Assembly (NCBI GenBank): GCA_014360495.1
Contig: JACIXR010000004.1
Location: 67,983-131,982 of the forward strand
Length of the DNA stretch: 64,000 nucleotides
From: a bacterium
GTDB taxonomy: Bacteria; Armatimonadota; JACIXR01
Reading direction: 5' to 3'
Under the pieces are notes generated by a model that was given only the letters and a program-made list of their open reading frames with translations, was not told where the DNA came from and searched no databases. A program made the position numbers and the translations under genes. Of the stretch, positions 58,755-64,000 are shown in pieces (positions within the stretch are counted from its first letter, which is position 1; each line of letters starts with the position of its first letter).

Positions 58755-59497
58755 TGTTGAGAATTGACGGAAGGAGCTACGACCAGCTGCGCCCTATCGT
58801 CTTTAAGAGGGGCGTGTCCAAGTATGCGGAGGGCTCCTGCTATATTGAACAGGGAGATACGAAGCTGATTTGCACCGCAACGATTGAGGATGAGAAGGTC
58901 CCTCAATTCCTTCGCGGCTCGGGAAGCGGCTGGATAACCGCTGAATATGGAATGCTCCCTCGCTCCACAAGAACTCGCATACCGAGGGAGAGCTCAAAGA
59001 GCTTTCCCATCGGTAGGGTGATGGAGATAAGGAGGATGATAGGGAGGAGCTTGAGAGCAGCCTTTGACCTTCAGAAGTTGGGAGAGCGAACCATCACCGT
59101 GGATTGCGATGTTTTAACTGCTGATGGAGGGACGAGATGCGCTGCTGTTAACGCAGGTTTTGTGGCGGTCGTTGAGGCTATGGATTATCTCAGAAATATG
59201 GGTGTTCTGAAAAGCATCCCGATATTGGATTTCATAGCCTCAATAAGCGCTGGGATAGTTATGGGGAAGGAGATGTTAGACCTCTGTTTCGAAGAGGATT
59301 CCACCGCTTCAGTGGATATGAATGTGGTGATGACGGAGAAAGGGAGGATAGTTGAATTGCAGGCAACAGCTGAGGGCGTTCCTTTCAGCAAGGAGCAGTT
59401 GGACCGTCTTTTGGAGATGGCGAGACCGGCCATACTTCACATAATAGCCCTTCAAAAAGCGGTTCTAAAGGATATCTTAGAGAAGAAAGGAGGTTGA
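58751..59497 (+). CDS. rph: Ribonuclease PH
   Basis: It has LRPIVFKRGVSKYAEGSC, TAEYGMLPRST and DCDVLTADGGTRCA. Confidence 0.9.
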   Translation: MMLRIDGRSYDQLRPIVFKRGVSKYAEGSCYIEQGDTKLICTATIEDEKVPQFLRGSGSGWITAEYGMLPRSTRTRIPRESSKSFPIGRVMEIRRMIGRSLRAAFDLQKLGERTITVDCDVLTADGGTRCAAVNAGFVAVVEAMDYLRNMGVLKSIPILDFIASISAGIVMGKEMLDLCFEEDSTASVDMNVVMTEKGRIVELQATAEGVPFSKEQLDRLLEMARPAILHIIALQKAVLKDILEKKGG

Positions 59498-59506
59498 AGA
59501 GTAAAA

Positions 59507-60004
59507 ATGGGAAATTTTTGGACCAATTTCCAATTTTATGTGCCCTATCTCGTTATCGCTGATACCTTTTTGGCGCTACTCTCCATTTTCCTCATCCTAT
59601 CCCTTGTAGGAAGAGTGAGGGAGACAAAGCGCCTCCTCAAGTGGCTTTCCGAGGCCGAAAGGGTAGAGGATGTGAGGTTGCTTCTTCAAAGACAGAGGGT
59701 TTTTATGGACGAGGTTGAGAGGAACTTCAATCACCTAAGGGAAAAACTTGAAGAGTTAAATATAAAACAACTTGATAACATCCAGAAGGTGGGTTTCATC
59801 CGCTTTGACGCCTTCAAGGATATAGGTGGTGAGCTGAGTTTTTCCCTCGCCTTGCTCAATGGAAAGAACGAGGGAGTTGTTATAAGCAGTCTGCACGGGA
59901 GGGAAGGTTCAAGGGTTTATGGGAAAACAGTAAAGGACGGTGTCTCCAGCTTCCCCCTTTCAGATGAGGAGAAGGAAGCAATAAAGAGGGCGTTGGGTGA
60001 TTGA
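59507..60004 (+). CDS. DUF4446-family membrane protein
   Basis: It has an N-terminal TM helix. VGFIRFDAFKDIGGELSFSLALLNGKNEGVVISSLHGREGSRVYGK and a C-terminal LSDEEKEAIKRA match the DUF4446 pattern. Its stop overlaps the chaperonin start. Confidence 0.5.
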   Translation: MGNFWTNFQFYVPYLVIADTFLALLSIFLILSLVGRVRETKRLLKWLSEAERVEDVRLLLQRQRVFMDEVERNFNHLREKLEELNIKQLDNIQKVGFIRFDAFKDIGGELSFSLALLNGKNEGVVISSLHGREGSRVYGKTVKDGVSSFPLSDEEKEAIKRALGD

Positions 60005-61584
60005 AGATGGCTGGAGAGGTTAAGAATGTATCTAAATCTGATGTAGACGAGAGGTTATCAGCCCTATTGAACAATGCGTCGGCGATTAGGGCTGTTGCCT
60101 CCTCCGTTGAGGGGACGATAGGTCCCAAGGGGCTGAACTGTATGCTTGTTGATAGGTTTGGTGATGTCGTGATTACGAACGATGGAGCGACGATATTGAG
60201 CAAGATAGAAGTGAATCATCCCGCTGGGAAGATGCTGATAAACGCGGCTAAGGCGCAGGATGAGGAAGTGGGGGATGGAACAACAACTGTAACCCTTCTT
60301 GCCTCAGCTCTCATCTCCGAGGGAGTTAATCAGGTCATAAGGGGAGTGCCAATCGCTAAGGTGATAGAGGGGATAAGAGTGGGGATAAAAAGGGCGATTT
60401 CTCTTTTGGAGAAGCACAGCAGACCGATAGAGGATTTCTCATCCCCTCTTTTGTATCGCGCCGCTTATGTTGCTGGGAGGGAAAACGAGGACATCGCTAG
60501 GATAGCGGTTGAGGCGGCGAAAATTATGGGGAAGGAGAAGCTTCTTGACCCTTCTTTCAAATTGAAAGATATGGTAGTGGCGAAGGAGGGAGCGGAAAAC
60601 GAGGTGTTTCTGGGATTGATTATAGAGAAGGAAAGGATGAATCGGCAGATGCCACGCCGAGTTGAGCAAGCTCAAATCTTGGTCGTTGACGACGCCTTGG
60701 AGCCGGAGGAGATAGAGGATGACGCCCTCGCGACCGAGAGCGGTTTCAGGGAATATCAGAGGTTGAAGGAGGAATTCAAGAAAGGAATTGAAAAAATCAT
60801 ATCACTAGGAGTTAAGTTCGTAGCGGTTTCAAAGGGGGTGGATAGAGTAGCGGAGGAGATGCTGACGGATGCGGGTGTGATGGTTTTGAGGCGTCTTTCC
60901 AACAAGGATATAAGCAAGATATCGGAGCATACTGGTGCGAAGCCGATAAAGAGGACATCCCTGGCGAAGAGCAAGGAGGAGTTGCAGTCATTCCTTGGCT
61001 ATGCCGATGTGATATATCACGACGAGAGATTGGAACATACACGGATAATAGGAGGGAAGGGCAAGCCTATGGCGACAATTCTCGTGGGTGCAGCAACGGA
61101 GGAGGTGAAGGAGGAAACGGAGAGGATTGCGAAGGACGCCGCAGCTGCTGTCCAGATGGCGATGAAGGGTGGGGTCTTGCCGGGAGGTGGAGCTATTGAG
61201 CTCTATGCGATAAAGGAGGTTCAGAAGGCGAGGGAGGAGATAAAGGGGATGGCTGTTTACGGGGTAGATTGCGTCATAGAGGCTCTCAAGAAGCCACTCA
61301 CCCACATAGTCCTAAATGCCGGCTTCAATCCTCTTGAGAAAATCGGTGATGTCCTAGCCAGACAGGCTAAAGAGGATAACGACGCTTTGGCAATAGATTG
61401 CGATACGGGAGAGGTTGTGGATATGATGGAATTGGGGATAGTTGACCCAACTCCGGTGAAGATATTTGCCCTCAAGACAGCGGGAGAGCTCGCCGAGGCA
61501 ATTCTGAGGATAAACATGATAATAAAGAAGAAGGAGGAACCACCATCTGAGGAAAAGGAGTCAACGGAAAAGGGGAACATTTGA
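60001..61584 (+). CDS. Thermosome/CCT-like (group II-type, 'archaeal-like') chaperonin, 527 aa
   Basis: GPKGLNCMLVDRFGDVVITNDGATIL..AGKML...AQDEEVGDGTTTVTLLA matches the thermosome signatures (GPKGMDKMLVD..GD.VITNDGATIL, ...DDEVGDGTT). It lacks the GroEL N-terminal motif and the GGM tail. The length is typical of group II/III chaperonins. Confidence 0.8.
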   Translation: MKMAGEVKNVSKSDVDERLSALLNNASAIRAVASSVEGTIGPKGLNCMLVDRFGDVVITNDGATILSKIEVNHPAGKMLINAAKAQDEEVGDGTTTVTLLASALISEGVNQVIRGVPIAKVIEGIRVGIKRAISLLEKHSRPIEDFSSPLLYRAAYVAGRENEDIARIAVEAAKIMGKEKLLDPSFKLKDMVVAKEGAENEVFLGLIIEKERMNRQMPRRVEQAQILVVDDALEPEEIEDDALATESGFREYQRLKEEFKKGIEKIISLGVKFVAVSKGVDRVAEEMLTDAGVMVLRRLSNKDISKISEHTGAKPIKRTSLAKSKEELQSFLGYADVIYHDERLEHTRIIGGKGKPMATILVGAATEEVKEETERIAKDAAAAVQMAMKGGVLPGGGAIELYAIKEVQKAREEIKGMAVYGVDCVIEALKKPLTHIVLNAGFNPLEKIGDVLARQAKEDNDALAIDCDTGEVVDMMELGIVDPTPVKIFALKTAGELAEAILRINMIIKKKEEPPSEEKESTEKGNI

Positions 61585-61602
61585 AACAACTTGAAAGGAG
61601 GT

Positions 61603-64000
61603 TTAACAAACAATGATTAAAGGAAATAAGGAGGGTTTTTACCTCCTCCTTTTTCTCTTTTTCCCTTTTTTACTCTACTCCGCTCCCATTAAGTTGAGAA
61701 TAGCAAATAAAACTAATGAAACCCTCCATCATAAGATAGTTTCTTACAACATCTCCCTTGCTAGCACTCCCAAGGTGATGGAAAATGGGGTTGAGGTGCC
61801 TGCCCAGTTCAATAAGGAAACTGGACAGCTTTTAATCCTCCTTCCCGGCATAACCAAGCCCAACGAGGAAAGGGAGCTTTTGCTCTATCCGGAGGAGAAA
61901 CCGAGCGGAAAAACGGACCTCGCAGTTGAGGAGGGTAAGGATTACATAAAAATAAGCAATAGCTATTTCTCCGTTGTGCATCCGAAGAGGGGAAGCGGTG
62001 GTTTTCCCACTTTCATTTCCTTTTCGGTCTCGGGAAACAGGGAGCAATTCGTTTTTGAGGACCGCCTTTACGAGAAGAACGAGGGCTACTTCACCCTCAG
62101 AACTGACCCCGAATCCACTGCGAGGATTACCTCCAAAGGACCCTTGGAGGTAGTGGTTGAGGCAAGAGCTCGCTACTATTCTAACGGGCGTTATGCTCGG
62201 GGGAACGCAAGGGCGACCTATATTTATAGATATTTCGCCTATAGCCCATATGTTGAAGTATCAGCCAAGGTGGAGAAGGACGATGACTTTACGTGGAGCG
62301 AGCTCCACTTCCTACAGATTTCTCGCAAGGATAATTCATTTTTCCTCTGGGCAGGAGGAGAGCCCCTTAAACAGGGAAGATTTACGGATTCCCGTAAAGG
62401 GATTGGTTTAGATAGATGGGCTATGATGTTCAATACGGATGACGCCATAGGTCTCTATTCCGAAAAGGGCATCTCCCTTTATGATGGGCTTGATTATTAT
62501 AACTACATTCAAGAGGTTCCCACTTCTTTTGAGGAAAAGGAGAGAAATCTTCACGCCTGGCTGTATCTCGGAGCTCCTCCGAGTAATCTTGAGGAAACGT
62601 TCAAGCCGGTAAAGGAGGTCAAAATGGAAATCAATCCAATTCCGATAGCTTCTCCTACTTATCATTCACCGAAATATAAGATTGAAAACGAGCATATAAG
62701 AATAGATTTAGCTTCTGAAGATGAGGGAATGGGGGTTGTGGGGTTGGTGAATAAATTGAGCGGTCAACCCTTCCTTGCCCTTCCGAGGGAGGTTAAACCC
62801 CTTATTTGGCGATTGATTTTCTCCAAGATGGGCAGCGACAATATAACGATTGATAATACTCAGCCAGCGAAGAGAAGCGTCAAAATAAATAAAGGTGAGA
62901 AGGAGGTTATCTGCGAATTGAGATGGTTGGGAATGGACCTCGGTGAAGAGAAGGGAGTGATTGATGTATCAGTTCAAATAGAGATTCCCATCAAATCCTC
63001 TCTCAGCTTCTGGCGGATTTCCGTTAAAAATAGGAGCAATGTATATGGACTTTGGGAAATTCATTTCCCCCTTCTTTATCCTTTAGGGAAATCTAAGGAG
63101 GTTGATGTCGCTGTTCCTCGCTCTAATTGGGGTTATCTTTATCATCAGCTTGAGGGGAGAGTTTCCGGCTATTATCCATCCTGTGATTGGCCAATGCAGT
63201 TTCTTTCCATAAATATGACAGATAGCGGTCTCTATCTGGCTTGCCATGACCCATCCGCTTGGACTAAGTCCTTCTTCTATAAGCCGGGGGATGAATTCTA
63301 CTTCAATGTGAGGGCGGAGAATATGGGTGTTCCTGGCTCGGGATACGATTCTTTCAATTATGTAATTGGAGCCTTCAAGGGCGATTGGATTAAAGCCTGC
63401 AAGATTTATAGAGATTGGGCTGTGAAGAACGCTCCCTGGACGAGTAAAGGACCTCTTACGAAACGCGAGGATACGCCGAAAATAATAAAAGAGTTGGGGC
63501 TATGGATGTTAGGTGGTGGGACGAAAGACGAGGTAGTTCCAAATATGCTGAGGGCTCAGGAGTTCTTCCAGGTTCCTATTGGCATCCATTGGTATAATTG
63601 GCATCAAATAGGTTTTGATACGGAATATCCCAATTACTTCCCCTACAAGCCGGGCTTCCCCGAGGGAGTGAAGGAGCTCACGAAGAGGGGAATGATAGCG
63701 ATGCCATATATCAATGGCAGGCTTTGGGATTCATCTTTGGATAGCTTCAAGAACGAGGCTATCAGATGGTGCGCCAAGCAGGTGAATGGTCAACCCTATA
63801 TTGAGGTTTATAATCCTCAGGTCAAGCATGCAGTGATGTGCCCCGCGACTAAGTTCTGGCAGGATAAGATAAACTCCATAGTGGAAAGGCTTATAAAGGA
63901 GTGCGGTGTGAACGCTATTTATATTGACCAGATTGGAGCGGCGGGCTCGGTTCTCTGCTTTGATAAATATCATGGGCATCCCCTGGGTGGTGGTGGCTAC
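61603..64000 (+). CDS. Large secreted hypothetical protein (more than 799 aa; the 3' end lies beyond the window), possibly a glycoside-hydrolase-like TIM barrel
   Basis: An AAAGGAGGT ribosome-binding site precedes the ATG at 61603. The N-terminus has a signal/TM segment (FYLLLFLFFPFLLYSAPI). The frame is open to the window end, which is why the ORF track omits it. The C-terminal portion (WYNWHQIGFDTEYPNYFPYKPGF...YIDQIGAAG) resembles GH-like catalytic barrels. Confidence 0.5.

Noticed and set aside
59900-60010. Looked for a CIRCE (TTAGCACTC-N9-GAGTGCTAA) HrcA operator upstream of the chaperonin.
   Set aside because: No CIRCE-like inverted repeat is present. The gene overlaps the preceding DUF4446 stop, so any promoter must lie further upstream.
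1-64000. Searched for CRISPR arrays, tRNA/rRNA genes, IS elements, transposases, integrases and toxin-antitoxin or defence cassettes.
   Set aside because: I found no direct-repeat/spacer arrays, no tRNA-like cloverleaf candidates in the intergenic regions, and no transposase or recombinase-like ORFs. The only repeat family found is the 22-bp promoter-like element.

Overview
This window is chromosomal DNA (about 45% GC) from an unidentified bacterium that probably has two membranes, since a complete KDO and ADP-heptose inner-core LPS gene set is present. I found no rRNA or tRNA genes, no CRISPR arrays and no transposases.

Reading left to right:
- 1-7.4 kb, minus strand: a surface-polysaccharide/O-antigen-type operon. 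It encodes a partial GT4 glycosyltransferase, a CmcI-like methyltransferase, a WecA/MraY-family transferase, a DegT aminotransferase, a WbqC-like protein, a PIG-L deacetylase, an SDR epimerase/dehydratase and a Wzx flippase.
- 7.4-9.9 kb: a zone of gene decay. It holds a 663-bp noncoding gap, a GT4 gene, a 36-aa remnant of a hexapeptide acyltransferase and an internally deleted uvrA relic. These are punctuated by a recurring 22-bp dyad element, ATAAAATCAAGTCAAGTTTTAT, which is found in two identical copies plus degenerate ones.
- 9.9-12.7 kb: a TPR/TM2-like membrane protein, then rsfS, an LCP-family gene and nadD.
- 12.7-19.3 kb: a complete trpEGDCFBA operon. It is preceded by an E. coli-style transcription attenuator: a promoter, a 24-aa leader peptide with three Trp codons (W-Q-W-Q-W), alternative hairpins and an intrinsic terminator.
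- 19.3-26.6 kb: a sugar-catabolism cluster. It encodes a URO-D-like protein, an FucI-like isomerase, a TIM-barrel sugar-phosphate isomerase, a PAP2 phosphatase and a 1033-aa glycoside-hydrolase-like protein.
- 26.9-39.2 kb: an LPS core block. It contains an MFS transporter fused to a HEAT-repeat domain, kdsA, kdsB, a split hldE (separate adenylyltransferase and kinase genes), gmhA, a CE4 deacetylase, GT4 and GT9 heptosyltransferases and two truncated GT4-like ORFs.
- 39.1-51 kb: ptsI-ptsH, SpoIID/LytB, a Gfo/Idh/MocA oxidoreductase, a second URO-D-like gene, gatB, rluD, lgt, lspA and ileS.
- 51-55.8 kb: rfbD, a DegT-like aminotransferase, a CE4-like protein and a tandem MBL-fold hydrolase.
- 55.9-64 kb: an AMIN-amidase gene, a GerMN-domain gene, murI, rph, a DUF4446 gene and a thermosome-like archaeal-type chaperonin. 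The window ends with a large secreted protein (more than 799 aa) that runs off the end and is absent from the ORF track.

The most notable items are the bacterial thermosome-like chaperonin, the trp leader-peptide attenuator, the uvrA relic with its repeated 22-bp element, and the MFS-HEAT fusion coupled to kdsA/kdsB.
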